From the human T2T-CHM13v2.0 reference genome, Homo sapiens: a stretch of DNA of 64,000 bases. Each line of letters begins with the position of its first letter. The first letter of the stretch is position 1. Below, in pieces: positions 1 through 18,519 of the stretch. Location of the stretch: NCBI RefSeq assembly GCF_009914755.1, contig NC_060942.1, one strand, 5' to 3'. The position numbers and the translations under genes were made by a program. Under the pieces are notes generated by a model. It was not told where the DNA came from. It made no database searches and saw only the letters and a program-made list of their open reading frames with translations.

Positions 1-69
1 CTGCCTGGGTTTTGTGCTAAAACATCACTTCAGTTCTTGAAATAATAGTGCTTTTGGGTGCTAGAGCCA

Positions 70-330
70 GAGTCAGCGGTTGAGAACACAGGCTCTGGGA
101 GCAGCTACCTGAGTTTTAGTGTTGGCTCTGCCTGGCACTAGACATAGGACTAGAGAAAAACTGCTAACCCTCTCTGGGCCTGAGTTGCCTTATCTATAAA
201 ACAGAGGTGATGATAATAATAATATGTGTTTCATTGTTTTGTTGTGAGCCTTAATGAGCTACTGAATATCAGTTGCCTAGAACAAACTCTTACATATAGC
301 ATGTGGTCAATCAGAGTTAACTACCATTTA
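70..330 (+). mobile_element. MIR SINE remnant
   Basis: Degenerate MIR core (ctctctgggcctgagttgccttatctataaaacagagg) and MIR-like 3' end. Confidence 0.6.
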
Positions 331-782
331 ATAAATTTTTGTCTTTTAATATTTTCATTCAGAAGAATTAGACACTGGCTACCTCATTACCCAATGTTTT
401 AGAAATATTGCTTATCTGGGAAATCTAAAATCTGAGAACCATGATTTCTATTGTGGGCTCATAGAATTCTTTGCAGTTGTGCATTATGTTCTCATCTGTT
501 AAATCTGTTTATTTTGGCCAAGCTCTGTGTTTTCGTTTCTGTGCTGCATCAGTGACACCTGTCCTATCATTTTTTGGTGACACCCATGAAACTGTATTTA
601 GCTTCTTGTATTAAAATGGCAAGATCACTATTTATTACCCATCATTCCTGTGTGGCTTGTAGACACAGTCTCATTACCTGGTTGGATTTCTGCAAGGATT
701 GTATTGTAACACACTTCCAAAACTCTTGCTTCTTATGCTTCTGAAAATTATTTCCAAATATATGCACAAGCTCTCCATGCAA

Positions 783-940
783 GACCTTGATCCAATCACA
801 TAGCTTCCCTGATTCCACATCTTCATCTCTAATTTGGGGCAGCAACACCTGCCCTGACTGTATCAGTGGTGTTTTTGAAGATCAGGGTAGATTTTATCTG
901 TAAAGACATTTTTCAAAGTGATAAAATGCCCTGTCAATAT
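783..940 (+). mobile_element. MIR/MIR3 core remnant
   Basis: gaccttgatccaatcacatagcttccctgattccacatcttcatctctaatttgggg resembles the MIR core. Confidence 0.45.
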
Positions 941-1577
941 GGGTTATTGTAAAAAGTGATTATAGTCAAGCTACCTTCAAGCTTTATATACATATCCAGT
1001 TGTTTTCCAACTTTGCAGTTCAGCTATAGTTGGGTAACTTCAGAGAGTTAAAATTACTTCAGCATCCAGTTAAACAAAATGCAATTTAGTTTGTGATTTC
1101 TAATGTATCCTATATTCTCAAATTATGTGCAGCCTGTATATCATAAGCCATTGAATAGTAGCTACTTGAAACAGAGAAATGGGTGATGTTGTTAGATTAA
1201 TTTTCACAGTGGGCTTTTTTATGTGTTTTATTTGGAGATACTTCTTTTTATGTATTCTGGTTATTGGTTATTAACTGTGGTTAAGTGACTTGCCAATAAC
1301 TGGCCCCAGGAGCTAACGAAGGATTATTATAAACTAATGACTAAACAATTAAGATTGGTGAGAGTGAAGCAAAGCTTAATTAAAATGTGTCCTTTAGCAT
1401 TAATATACCTAAAAATATTTGAAACAATAATGATTGCACCTTAAAAAATTATCCATAAGATGCATATTGAGCATCCGTATTTGCCGGGCACTATTCCAAG
1501 CCCTGCCAGTAGAGTGACAAGATTTCTGTCTTCAGAACTTATATATTTTGGGGTACTGGAGGAAGGGAGTATATAGG

Positions 1578-1581
<4 letters not shown>

Positions 1582-1637
<56 letters not shown>
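1582..1637. repeat. (TA)n(CA)n compound microsatellite
   Basis: Directly visible. Confidence 0.97.
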
Positions 1638-1940
<303 letters not shown>

Positions 1941-2009
1941 TCAGATAAATGATAAATGTTATGAAGAAAAATAGAAGAAGGGATAGAGAATAGAGAGGTA
2001 GGAGATGAT

Positions 2010-2580
2010 ATTTTTTATTATTTTACTATGTTTAAATACACATAACAAAACTTACCATCTTAACGAGTTTTAAGTGTACAGTTAAATCATGTTAAGTATA
2101 TTCAGCCAATCTCCAGAACCTGTTTCTCGTGTGTGGGTACATAGTAGGTGTATATATTTATGAGGTACACGAAATATTTTGATACAGGCATGCAATATGT
2201 AATAATCACATCGGGGTAAATGGGGTATCCATCACCTGAAGCATTTATCCTTTGTGTTACAAACAATCCAGTTACACTCTTTGTTATTTTTAAATGTACA
2301 ATTATTATTGACTCTTGTCACCCTATTGTGCTATCAAATACTAGTTTCATTGAGAATCTTTACATCTTCCCAAACTGAAACACTGCATCCACTAAACACT
2401 AACTCTCCACTCCCCTTCCCCATAACCCTGGCAACCACCAGTCTCCTTTTTGTCTCTATGGATTTAACTATTTAGGTGTCTCCTATAAGTGGAATCATGC
2501 AGTATTTGTCTTTCTGTGACTGGCTTATTCCACGTAGCATAATGTTCTCCAGGTTTATCCATGTCATCACGTGTGCGATT
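2010..2580 (-). mobile_element. L1MB-type 3' end, interrupted by an L1MA fragment
   Basis: L1MB-like motifs cataacaaaacttaccatc, ccctggcaaccacc, ataagtggaatcatgcagtatttgtc. Confidence 0.75.
2130..2345 (-). mobile_element. L1MA2/3-like 3' end fragment
   Basis: gggtacatagtaggtgtatatattt...tttgatacaggcatgcaat...gtcaccctattgtgctatcaaatactag. Confidence 0.8.
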
Positions 2581-5500
2581 GCACCTTTTTAATTATGCTG
2601 ATAATTGAATTGTATATATTTGTTTCATATAATTCTTTGTGAACTACTTAGAGACTATAAGCACTGACTTTGGCATTCAGTTTAAAAATGCACCTTCTTT
2701 ATGACTTAGGGAAATGTTTACTAGTAAAGCATGTACTGCTGGGTTCCTGAGGAGTCCAAGTATGATCAGTTATCCTAGAAATGTTCTGTCCTAATGGCAG
2801 AGCCATCCCATCCACAGCTAGCCTGCTGCTTGCTGGGAATAGGAGTGATGTATTAGAAGTCTTTAATAAATGTGATGTGTAAGAAGTATACACATTTTTA
2901 TAAATGTGATTTTTTATAAAAGCGATAGTGTTTTTATAACTTCCATTTTTTTAAATGATTGAGTGAGTTTTAATATCTGTCTGCGTAGAGCTATATATTT
3001 GTCTGCCTAGTATCTGCCTAGTTAGAGCTTTTTACATAACTATAATAAAAACTTGGAATATGTATTACATTAAAATGTATTTTGTTGTACTTAGATGCTT
3101 TGATAACATGCAGTAATAGCTATCATATCTGCAGTATTTTCAGTGGCAGAAGATACTGGACATACCTTGCCACTATTTGGAGTCATTTCACCTTTCAATC
3201 TTTGTTCTGTGAAACGTTCAGTGTCTGCTTATCCCATTTGTGATATGCAGTTTTGTGAATCTCCTATTTTTTTGTGATGACAGTCGTACTGTTGCACTTG
3301 AACAGATGTATTTGTGTAGCTTTCTTGTATGCCTGCCTTGTTCTTCTGTGAACAAATAACATACATAAACAAACATATATTTGGGGGTATTGGAGGGAGG
3401 GAATATATAGGCAACATATATATACATATGGAGGATAAACAAAGGATTAGTGTTCCTTCACAGTAAGGACCCAACATTCCCGACTGTGGGAATTTTGTAC
3501 TAAATACAAATTTACGGTGTTGTGTTTTCTTTTATCTTATACCCTGAGAATATCTCTCAGTGTGCCTTATGTAGTAGCACACCCTGTCTGTCATACCCGG
3601 TCCAGTCTAAATGTCACTAGATTTAGGTTCATATTGGTTTTGAAATATTAATTCGCTGTGTTTGCCTAGTGGTAACACTGGAGTGATTCGTTTTAAATAT
3701 ATCTGAATGAGATTCTCATGTTGGAAATGAGTAGTGACAGGTTCCTTGGCAAGGGGGCATTACATGAAGCCCAAACTGCACCATGCCTGCATTCAACCGA
3801 AGGCTGACCTCGCTGCTATTTATTTATTATTTTTAGTTTGTTTCTGTGGGAAAAAAGGAAATAATTCTGGTTGAAATGGGAATAATCTGAAATTAAACCC
3901 TGCCAAAACCTGATGTATTTTCTCTTAAATCAAAGATAGTAGTATTTGTGTTTTCTGTACAGAATTATCACTGGCATTGCAATAAGTATCTGGACTTACA
4001 GGGCTGACCCTCAGGTACCTGGGGCCATGTGGGAGCTAATCTAACAATGGCTGTTATTCGGAAGGCATAAAGGCCAAAGACCTAATTGAGTGGAGCATAA
4101 TTTATTTTTGATTTAAGTTTATTTACCAGGGAAGAAATTAAAAGTGTTCTAATTCTAAAACAGTTCTGCCACAGGGCAACATGTTTTAATGAATTTTCAA
4201 TACATGAAGCCATTAAAAACCTTTTTAAATTATGAACATTAAAAGGGCATGAGGAGTACCTTCCCTATTATGCTGCAGATGTCAGATACTTTGGGTCACG
4301 TCACCGTGTACATAGGACAGGGGCATATCAGCAATGCAGTGTCTTTTTTATTATAATATATTCAGTCCCTTCCTTACAGGTGTTTAGGCCCCAGAGATTC
4401 TGTAATTAATACCTAAACCTCAAGTTCTGCTGCCCTTAAACACGGATTCAGCACTTTCCCTGTGCTTGAACCCTAAGGCAGCAGCAGAGGGGTATAGAAT
4501 AGAACTGCTGGAGCAATTCTGCATGAGAGGTTCAGAAGCTCCTCTAAAAAGTGTGGACAGATGGAGGTGGTTGTTCATAGAGTTATCCAGTGACTCTTAA
4601 GGTGTTGTGACTCTCTGGAAGGTGTCAGGCAGGCCCTTTGGCTGTGAAAAATGAGCGTGCTAACAGTGCTCCTCAACTTCCTCTAGGCTTGTTTTTGAAA
4701 TCTTTGTAGGTGGCTTCTTGTGTAGCTTTGAATACACTGAGGAGGCCAGGAAAATCAAGGGAAAGAGCTGGAGATTGCAGTCGGGGGCCTGTGGCCTAGT
4801 CCTGCTGTCCCTCTAATGAGCCATCTAACATGGGGAAGAATCACAGAACCGTTTCAGGCTGTATTTTGTCTGTCTATCTGTGAGGGGCTTGACCAGCTTC
4901 CTTGTTCTAGGGATCTGACAGGTCATCAGTCGCTGTCAGAGGGGGTTTGCTATGGGAAAAACATGATTGTTGTTAGTATGAGGCCTTGTCTGAGCACCAG
5001 CTACAGCTGTGAGCGTGGTCCTGCAGCCCCTGACATGTTTGAGGATGCCTCTGCATCCTGCTGCAATATCTCCTAGGAAAGGAAGACATCTACTAAATCT
5101 GCTTTGAACAATTCTTAAAGAGACCCCAGGCCATCTTAATTTCCCCCAAATCTCTTATATATTTAGTAAGAAAAAAAATTATTGATGATGACATGATTAA
5201 TTTTTTATTAGAGCACATGCCTTAATTCTTTATCACATTTATAATGTGGAGAGGTTATATTTTATGATCTTTATGTTAGCATTTATACTACACTGGGGTC
5301 CTATGCATAATCTGTATGTACTGCATACGTATGTGTTTTAAAAGGACTTGGAGCATAATTGACTGCTTTAAATTATCATAGAGGCTTATACTTTTGTGAC
5401 TGCCTTTGTGAACATTCAGAGGAAACAGTGTTCCCCTGGGAAACTTCTTTCACTTTATAGTCTGACTGACTTGGGTGGGTGAATGTTGGTTCTGGCACAA

Positions 5501-6164
5501 ATAGCTAAAAACTCTCAACAAACGAGTTAACCTTGCTATTCCTAGTTTCTTAATCCTTCTGGTCAGTGTTTTTTTGTTGTTGTTGTTGTTTGTTTGTTTG
5601 TTTTAAACAGTACCAGCATTGTCTTCATAATGCTGCTGGGAAAATTACATATGCTAATGCAGGAAAACTTGTTAGCAGAGTACTTTGGTCACCTGGTGGC
5701 TCCCGAATGAATCCTAAGTAGGTTTACTATTAAATGCTGATACAAAATTATGTTTTGTTACCACAAGGGAAACACACTCCTATGGTGAAATCTTTCAATA
5801 GGACTTTTAAGCTGAATGGATTGGGTTGCATTTGACACATATACAAGTTGCAGTTTAAGCAAAACAAAAAATATGTATGTATCTTCAAGGTAGTGCCAAG
5901 AAAAAGAAATGATCACATGTTCACTGGAACCTGGGAAAACTTTTTGTTTTGCCTCCTTAAGGTGTGGTCGGGATAGAAAATAGCATAGTGACCCAGGGTC
6001 CCTGTTCTGCAGGGTGGCAAAAAAATAGAATAACTGCAAATACTTCATTTACATATGAGACACTGTTATGCTGTGGTTGTGGATGTGTTGCAATTATTAG
6101 TGACATGATAAGTGTTTTTGACACTTTTAACTTTTTGGAGGGTTCTGCCCCCACTCTAACACTT

Positions 6165-6474
6165 TTTTTTTTTTTTTTTTTTTGAGACGGAGTTTCGCTC
6201 TTGTGTACCCAGGCTGGAGTGCAATGTGCAATGGCATGATCTCGGCTCACTGCAACCTCCGCCTCCCAGTTACAAGCGATTCTTCTGTGTCAGCCCCCCA
6301 AGTAGCTCGGATTACAGGCACGCGCCACCACGCCCAGCTAATATTTTTGTATTTAGCAGAGATGGGGTTTCACCATGTTAATCAGGCTGGTAGTGAACTC
6401 CTGACCTCAGGTGATCTACCCGCCTTGGCCTCCCAAAGTACTAGGATTACATGCATGTGCCACCTCACCCAGCC
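6165..6474 (-). mobile_element. AluS (Sq/Sp-like)
   Basis: Full dimer with poly-T; perfect TSD CACTCTAACACTT at 6152-6164 and 6475-6487. Confidence 0.95.
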
Positions 6475-7571
6475 CACTCTAACACTTGTAAGTTTATCCA
6501 GAGGACTCAAAGCTTGATGGCAGTTTGCTTAGAGCTAGAAGGCTGAGGTGCGCTGGGAGACATGTTTCTCTTTTGCTCATTTGCACACATACCCCAGGAA
6601 GGTAGGTGAACCCTTATTGAGTGAGATTGGATGGCTGGGGTCTTGGTGGTGTGGATGTAAGGAATTAAAGCACACAGGTAAGATTGTTCACCATAGGGCT
6701 GCTTGTGAGCCAGGCTTACCTTGCATCCAGTGTCGCTGGCCTCAGAGCGGGCAAAGCCAGTCTTAGCCTTTGTCTTCTGAACATTTTAGGAAAAGTTCAG
6801 TCACTCTTGACTTACCAGGTATGTTATGTGTTATGTCTGGAACCACTGTCATGCTTTGGGAAGCAGGTGGATTTTATCTTGACCTCATATGTCCTGTGTA
6901 CTTCCTTCTATCCATGCTCCTCTCAGCACATCCAGATGCATTCTCTTCTTATTCACCCAGCTCTCAGTTTATTCGTCCTCATTAACACGAAATGTGGGCT
7001 CACTGGGACATACTCAGTGGCATCTGGCCTCCAGTTAGGACTTGCCAACTTCATCTGTAAGGATAATGCTGCTTGTGCTTTTAAAAGCTAAATAAGAAGT
7101 AAGATAAATGAGAGCTAAAACTTGTATAGTCATAACAACAGATTATGAAAGATTGATAATATGTCAAAATTTTAGTTTATGAGGGTTAGCCATGTTCCTT
7201 TGTGTAACACTTTTATAAATTAATTTTAAGAATATAAATAACTGGTAATTACCTATTAGAATAAACTGCAAGTGAATAGAATGCTTTAAAAATGAATAAC
7301 GCATATAAATGGAATTTAAATTATAAATACAAGAAATTTTATTAGGAAGTATAGTTATACCTGTTATTAAAATAGAAAAGATAATAGAGCTGTTTGATAC
7401 CAAAATTGCTGATCCTCCATCCATGTTATTACCATTGTGGAATGAGTAATATAAGTAATGTAACTATTCAGGTAAAATATTCCCATTGACCAAATAGCAA
7501 TATTTCCTTCTTATCCATCTGGACAAGTGACTGTAAACACATATTTATAGTCAGCATTGAAACCCTTTCTA

Positions 7572-8477
7572 GAAGGAGGAGCCAAGATGGCCGAATAGGA
7601 ACAGCTCCGGTCTACAGCTCCCAGCGTGAGCGACGCAGAAGACGGGTGATTTCTGCATTTCCATCTGAGGTACCGGGTTCATCTCACTAGGGAGTGCCAG
7701 ACAGTGGGCTCAGGTCAGTGGGTGCGCGCACCGTGCGCGAGCCGAAGCAGGGCGAGGCATTGCCTCACCTGGGAAGCGCAAGGGGTCAGGGAGTTCCCTT
7801 TCCGAGTCAAAGAAAGGGGTGACGGGCGCACCTGGAAAATCGGGTCACTCCCACCCGAATACTGCGCTTTTCAGACCGGCTTAAAAAACGGCGCACCACG
7901 AGACTATATCCCACACCTGGCTCGGAGGGTCCTACGCCCACGGAGTCTCGCTGATTGCCAGCACAGCAGTCTGAGATCAAACCGCAAGGCGGCAGCGAGG
8001 CTGGGGGAGGGGCGCCCACCATTGCCCAGGCTTGCTGAGGTAAACAAAGCAGCCTGGAAGCTCGAACTGGGTGGAGCCCACCACAGCTCTAGGAGGCCTG
8101 CCTGCCTCTGTAGGCTCCACCTCTGGGGGCAGGGCACAGACAAACAAAAAGACAGCAGTAACCTCTGCAGACTTAAATGTCCCTGTCTGACAGCTTTGAA
8201 GAGAGCAGTGGTTCTCCCAGCACGCAGCTGGAGATCTGAGAACGGGCAGACTGCCTCCTCAAGTGGGTCCCTGACCCCTGACCCCCGAGCAGCCTAACTG
8301 GGAGGCACCCCCCAGCAGGGGCACACTGACACCTCACACGGCAGGGTATTCCAACAGACCTGCAGCTGAGGGTCCTGTCTGTTAGAAGGAAAACTAACAA
8401 ACAGAAAGGACATCCACACCGAAAACCCATCTGTACATCACCATCATCAAAGACCAAAAGTAGATAAAACCACAAAG
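7572..8477. promoter_or_regulatory. L1 5' UTR: CpG-rich sense promoter and antisense promoter
   Basis: Intact YY1 motif AAGATGGCC (7584-7592); many retained CpGs in 7590-8020; position in a full-length L1. Confidence 0.85.
7807..8022 (-). CDS. ORF0: L1 antisense ORF0, 71 aa, intact
   Basis: MVGAPPPASLPPCGLISDCC...RFSRCARHPFL matches the length and sequence of primate L1 ORF0. Confidence 0.8.
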   Translation of the reverse strand: MVGAPPPASLPPCGLISDCCAGNQRDSVGVGPSEPGVGYSLVVRRFLSRSEKRSIRVGVTRFSRCARHPFL

Positions 8478-9494
8478 ATGGGGAAAAAACAGAACAGAAA
8501 AACTGGAAACTCTAAAACGCAGAGCGCCTCTCCTCCTCCAAAGGAACGCAGTTCCTCACCAGCAACGGAACAAAGCTGGATGGAGAATGACTTTGACGAG
8601 CTGAGAGAAGAAGGCTTCAGACGATCAAATTACTCTGAGCTACGGGAGGACATTCAAACCAAAGGCAAAGAAGTTGAAAACTTTGAAAAAAATTTAGAAG
8701 AATGTATAACTAGAATAACCAATACAGAGAAGTGCTTAAAGGAGCTGATGGAGCTGAAAACCAAGGCTTGAGAACTACGTGAAGAATGCAGAAGCCTCAG
8801 GAGCCGATGCGATCAACTGGAAGAAAGGGTATCAGCAATGCAAGATGAAATGAATGAAATGAAGCGAGAAGGGAAGTTTAGAGAAAAAAGAATAAAAAGA
8901 AATGAGCAAAGCCTCCAAGAAATATGGGACTATGTGAAAAGACCAAATCTACGTCTGATTGGTGTACCTGAAAGTGATGTGGAGAATGGAACCAAGTTGG
9001 AAAACACTCTGCAGGATATTATCCAGGAGAACTTCCCCAATCTAGCAAGGCAGGCCAACGTTCAGATTCAGGAAATACACAGAACGCCACAAAGATACTC
9101 CTCGAGAAGAGCAACTCCAAGACACATAATTGTCAGATTCACCAAAGTTGAAATGAAGGAAAAAATGTTAAGGGCAGCCAGAGAGAAAGGTCGGGTTACC
9201 CTCAAAGGAAAGCCCATCAGACTAACAGCAGATCTCTCGGCAGAAACCCTACAAGCCAGAAGAGAGTGGGGGCCAATATTCAACATTCTTAAAGAAAAGA
9301 ATTTTCAACCCAGAATTTCATATCCAGCCAAACTAAGCTTCATAAGTGAAGAAGAAATAAAATACTTTACAGACAAGCAAATGCTGAGAGATTTTGTCAC
9401 CACCAGGCCTGCCCTAAAAGAGCTCCTGAAGGAAGCGCTAAACATGGAAAGGAACAACTGGTACCAGCCGCTGCGAAATCATGCCAAAATGTAA
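8478..9494 (+). pseudogene. ORF1: L1 ORF1 (RNA-binding protein) with premature stop at codon 98
   Basis: The 1017-nt frame is interrupted only by TGA at 8769-8771 (ELKTKA*ELREE, normally Arg, CGA). REKG, ARR and YPAKLS motifs are present downstream. Confidence 0.95.
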
Positions 9495-9533
9495 AGACCA
9501 TTGAGACTAGGAAGAAACTGCATCAACTAATGA

Positions 9534-13385
<3,852 letters not shown>

Positions 13386-13427
13386 ACAATGAGATCACAT
13401 GGACACAGGAAGGGGAATATCACACTC

Positions 13428-13462
13428 TGGGGACTGTGGTGGGGTAGGGGGAGGGGGGAGGG
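13428..13462 (+). other. G-rich tract of the L1 3' UTR (potential G-quadruplex)
   Basis: ggggactgtggtggggtagggggaggggggaggg contains at least four G3+ runs. Confidence 0.7.
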
Positions 13463-13879
13463 ATAGCATTGGGAGATATACCTAATGCTAGATGACGATT
13501 TAGTGGGTGCAGCGCACCAGCATGGCACATGTATACATATGTAACTAACCTGCACAATGTGCACATGTACCCTAAAACTTAAAGTATAATTAAAAAAAAA
13601 AAAAACATTAAAAAAAAAAAAAAAAGGAGAGAAACATGGAATAGAAAAAAAAAAAAGAAACCCTTTCTAAAGGGCTTTTTAGAAATACATTAACATTTGA
13701 AAAAATATACATATTAAAATATATTTCTGCTAAATATTATGTATTGCTATTTTGCTATTCTTTAGCTCAGCTATAATGCTCCTAATTTGAGTAATGAATT
13801 CATGATAAATAACATTTTACTTGTTAATGTTTATATCTTGTTAATGGCCTTTGAAAATCACTGAAGTCATAGATGTGAT

Positions 13880-14850
13880 ATAAGAAGGCAAAAAATATAG
13901 AAGTATATGATGAAGAAGGTAACAGATTCCCTCCTCTTTCAGTCCCTTTGCCAGAAATCATCATCGTTAATCCTTTTGTGTTTATCCTTCAACATCTCTA
14001 TGTAAGCTCATTTAGGTGTGTAAATATCAATATATGTCCTCAGTCCCTTCCTTACTAATTCTAACAAATAGGATTATATTGTACATGTTATTCATCAGCT
14101 TGATTTCACATCTGCCAGTATTTTCTGAACAGCTCTCTAGTTGTTAGAGTCTAGTACAATACATGTTATATAAACATATATAACCCACATATAATATATA
14201 TAACCCACTCTTATTAGCAGCTGTTTATTCTTTTGTAATATGGATGACCTAATTTATTTAGCCCCTCCTCTCTTGATGGATAGTCAGGTTTTGTTCATTA
14301 ATAAAGGGAATATTTCAGTAAATATCTATAAATATATATAGTATACAATTATTTCGATTTCTATAAGTTAAGTTTACAGTTTTAAGGTAGAATTGCAGGG
14401 CCAAAGATATATGCATTTAAGACTTTAGTAGGTGCTGTCAGATTACTTTCTACAAGGCTCTATCAAGTTATGCTCTACCAGCAAGGTGTCACAATGTCAG
14501 GGTCCTCAAATGCTTTCGAGCATTGAATATTAATGATCTTTTAAAACTTAAAAAATCAATTTATTGGTTTTTAAATTATATGTTCTTGTTTTAATTCGCA
14601 TTTCCTCTTTTCCATGCATGTATTCAGTATATTTCTTCCTCAGCAAATTGTCCATTTCTGTCCTTAGGATGCTTTCTAATCTTTTCCTTTTTAAATTGTA
14701 GGGATACTTTCTATAGTAGGGTTATTTACCATTTGTCATATGTTTTCAAAATATTTTTCTTATTCTACCATTTGCTGTTGACTTTATTTGTGGTTTATTA
14801 TAGAGAAATCTTCACATTTTATGTAGTTAAATTTATCAATTATATCTTTT
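13880..14850 (-). mobile_element. Highly diverged old L1 (L1ME-like) remnant
   Basis: Scattered antisense L1 3' motifs (gaattgcagggccaaagatatatgcattt, gtcctcaaatgc, ttttaattcgcatttc). Confidence 0.4.
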
Positions 14851-15994
14851 AGGGCTACCCATACTCATTAATACACACAATAAATGTATCATTGGAATAT
14901 AAATCAGTCCAAATATATATTAATTTATCTTGGTAGATGTCTACATATGCAATTATGTTTGCTAAATGACCCATTGTTTCTTCCTAATGGCTTCTTACTT
15001 TCTAGTCTTGTTTTAGAAGATATTTTTCTACATTTTTGTTGAATTTTTTTTAGAACTTATTTTTATACTTAGAGTATTTAGTCAGTGAGATTCTGGTAAA
15101 AAAAAAAAAAGACTTGAGGGGAAGACTCCAGGGCTGAGGAGCCTTCTGGGGACAGTTCCTTTGCACTTCAATGATGCGCGAGGAGAATGGTCCATTCTCA
15201 CCTTTGCATTTTGCTTGACGTGGAGCCTGAGAATGTGGCAGGCAGCATGTGACCACAGGGAAACCAGCTAAAAAGGCAGCTGCTATGAAAGCCGAGTAGG
15301 CACAACTGAGTCACAGCTCATTTTGGTTTGCCCCATTTGTTTATTCATTTATTGATTTAGTCTAATATTTTTGAGCATCTGCTGAGAGGTATTCTCCTAG
15401 GCTTTGAGGATACAGTTAGTAGGCAAAACTAACAAGTCTCCTGCCCTCCTGGACACAGCTTTCTAGTTTCTAAAGTTCTCCATTGGTGTGCAGTGTGTGC
15501 ACACATTTACATGAAGCAAAGCTTACAGAGATTCCCAGAGCAGTTGTAGAGAAGAGGTTCTGAAAGTCAACATAAATATTAGGTCAGACAGGAGCATCAC
15601 AAATAAATGGTTTTAATCCGGACGTTTTGGGCTGCAAGTAATATAAATGCCCCTATAGGCTAACAATGAGGAAATTTATTAACTCGCATTAATGGGAAAT
15701 CCATAGGTAAGGCACCCTTTACAGTTTGTTGTTCAGTGACTCAGTAATCTTCCCAGGGACATGGGCTCTTTCCAAATCTCTGATCTATTGGCCTCAACCC
15801 CAGGCTGGCTCTCTTTGTGGTGATAAGGTGACATTTAAAAGCAACTGGGGAAACATGCTGTGTTCACATCTAACGGGCAGAGAAGAATAGTTCCCCAGTC
15901 ATAGAATGTAACTTTTTTCTTTCAATCTTTTACGTCAATTAAGGACCGATAATAACTAGCAGATTTTCATGGATTGATTGCCTTAGTGCACTTA

Positions 15995-16172
15995 TTCTTA
16001 AACTTTAACGTACTTCAGTAATGACAGTGTATATCAGAATCACCTGGAGGACTTGTGAAAAGATCCTGACTGGCTTCTATCCCATGTTTATCATTCAGTT
16101 GGTTTAGGGTTGGATCAGGAATCTGCATTTTTAACAAATTCCTCAGTGATGCCGATATTGAAAACCACTGAT
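15995..16172. mobile_element. MER5A/B hAT-Charlie MITE
   Basis: atcagaatcacctggagg...ggaatctgcatttttaacaaattcctcagtgat...gaaaaccactg. Confidence 0.8.
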
Positions 16173-16661
16173 TTGCAATGATGAAGATGCATCCTTGCAC
16201 CACACACCTATTAGAATGGCCAAAATTCAGAACACTGCCACACATCAAATGCTGGGAGGATGTGGAGCAACAGGAACTCTTATTTGTTGCTGGTGAAAAT
16301 ATAAAAATAGGTGCAGCCTGTTTGGAAAACAGGTGGGCAGTTTCTTGCAAGAGCAAACCTACTCTTACTGTACAATCCAGCAGTTGTGTCCTTTGACATT
16401 CACCCAAAGGAACTTCAGACTTATGTCAACACAAAAACTTGCACACCAGTGTTTATAGCAGCTTTTTATTCATAATTTCTAAAACTTACAAGCAACCTAG
16501 AGGTCAGTAGATGACTGGATAAACTATGGTACATTGAGACAATTGAATATTTTTCAGAAATGAGCTATTAAGCCATGAAGAGACACAGAGGAAACTTAAG
16601 TGTATATTAAGAAGTGAAAGATGCCAATATGGTAATGCTACATACTGTATAATTTCAACTA

Positions 16662-17388
<727 letters not shown>

Positions 17389-18220
17389 CTATGGATACAG
17401 TAAAAAATATCAGTGTTTGACAGAAGCTGGGAGAGGCAGGGATAAATAGGTAGATCATAGAGGACTTTTTCAGGTAGTGAAATTATTCTGTATGATACTA
17501 TAGTAGTGGATATATGCCATTATATAGTTTCCAAAATCCATAGAATATACCACACCAAGAGTGAATCCTGATATCAATTCTGGACTTTGTGTGGTGCTGA
17601 TTGTTCGTTGGTACGATGTGTTGATAATGTGGGAGGCTACGCCTAGGCTTGAGGGCAGGGGATTGTGGGGAATCTTCATATGCTTCGTGCCATGCAATTT
17701 TGCTGTTAACGTAAAACTATTCTACAAGATAAAGTTTTATTTATGAAAAAAAAAGAGCCTCACCCTTGAGTCTAGGGATGGAATGAGCCATCCCTGAGCC
17801 ACGAACTGTGGAAGACTAAATCACTGAACAAAATCAAGGGTTTGGGGAACTACTGGAAAGGAAGAGAGGAAAATGAATGCGGAGTAAGCAACTGACAGTG
17901 GCCAGTATAAAGGTTGATATGAGTTGAATATAATAATTGTAGTCAAATGACTACTGAGAAATTGGGTAAGATTTATTTCTTTTCTTGAGTAAATGTATTC
18001 GTTTGTTAAGTACTATCAGTCAGAATTGAGATCTGCAAAGAAACTTGCTGTTTTTTTTTTTTTTTAAAGCTTGATTTTAACAATAAAAAAGGTTGATTGT
18101 GACATGGATATTAGAAGATTTAACTATGGGGATCAATTGTAAATCCATTCCTCATATTTAGCATGGATCTCACCTTAGCTCCAGTTATAATGAAATAAAT
18201 TAATAATACCTGAATTGTTT

Positions 18221-18519
<299 letters not shown>

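Noticed and set aside
642-848. Minus-strand 68-aa ORF with a good donor (CAG|gtaatg) near 678
   Set aside because: Overlaps a MIR core, has a poor acceptor, and matches no protein I recognise.
7704-8475. Other ORFs in the L1 5' UTR (197 aa +, 79 and 100 aa -)
   Set aside because: Incidental frames in a GC-rich UTR; only ORF0 is an established product.
8838-9494. 218-aa ORF as a separate gene
   Set aside because: It is the C-terminal part of ORF1 after the premature stop.
13490-13590. Calling the L1 an active L1Hs-Ta
   Set aside because: Lacks the ACA and G 3' UTR diagnostics, and ORF1 is disrupted.
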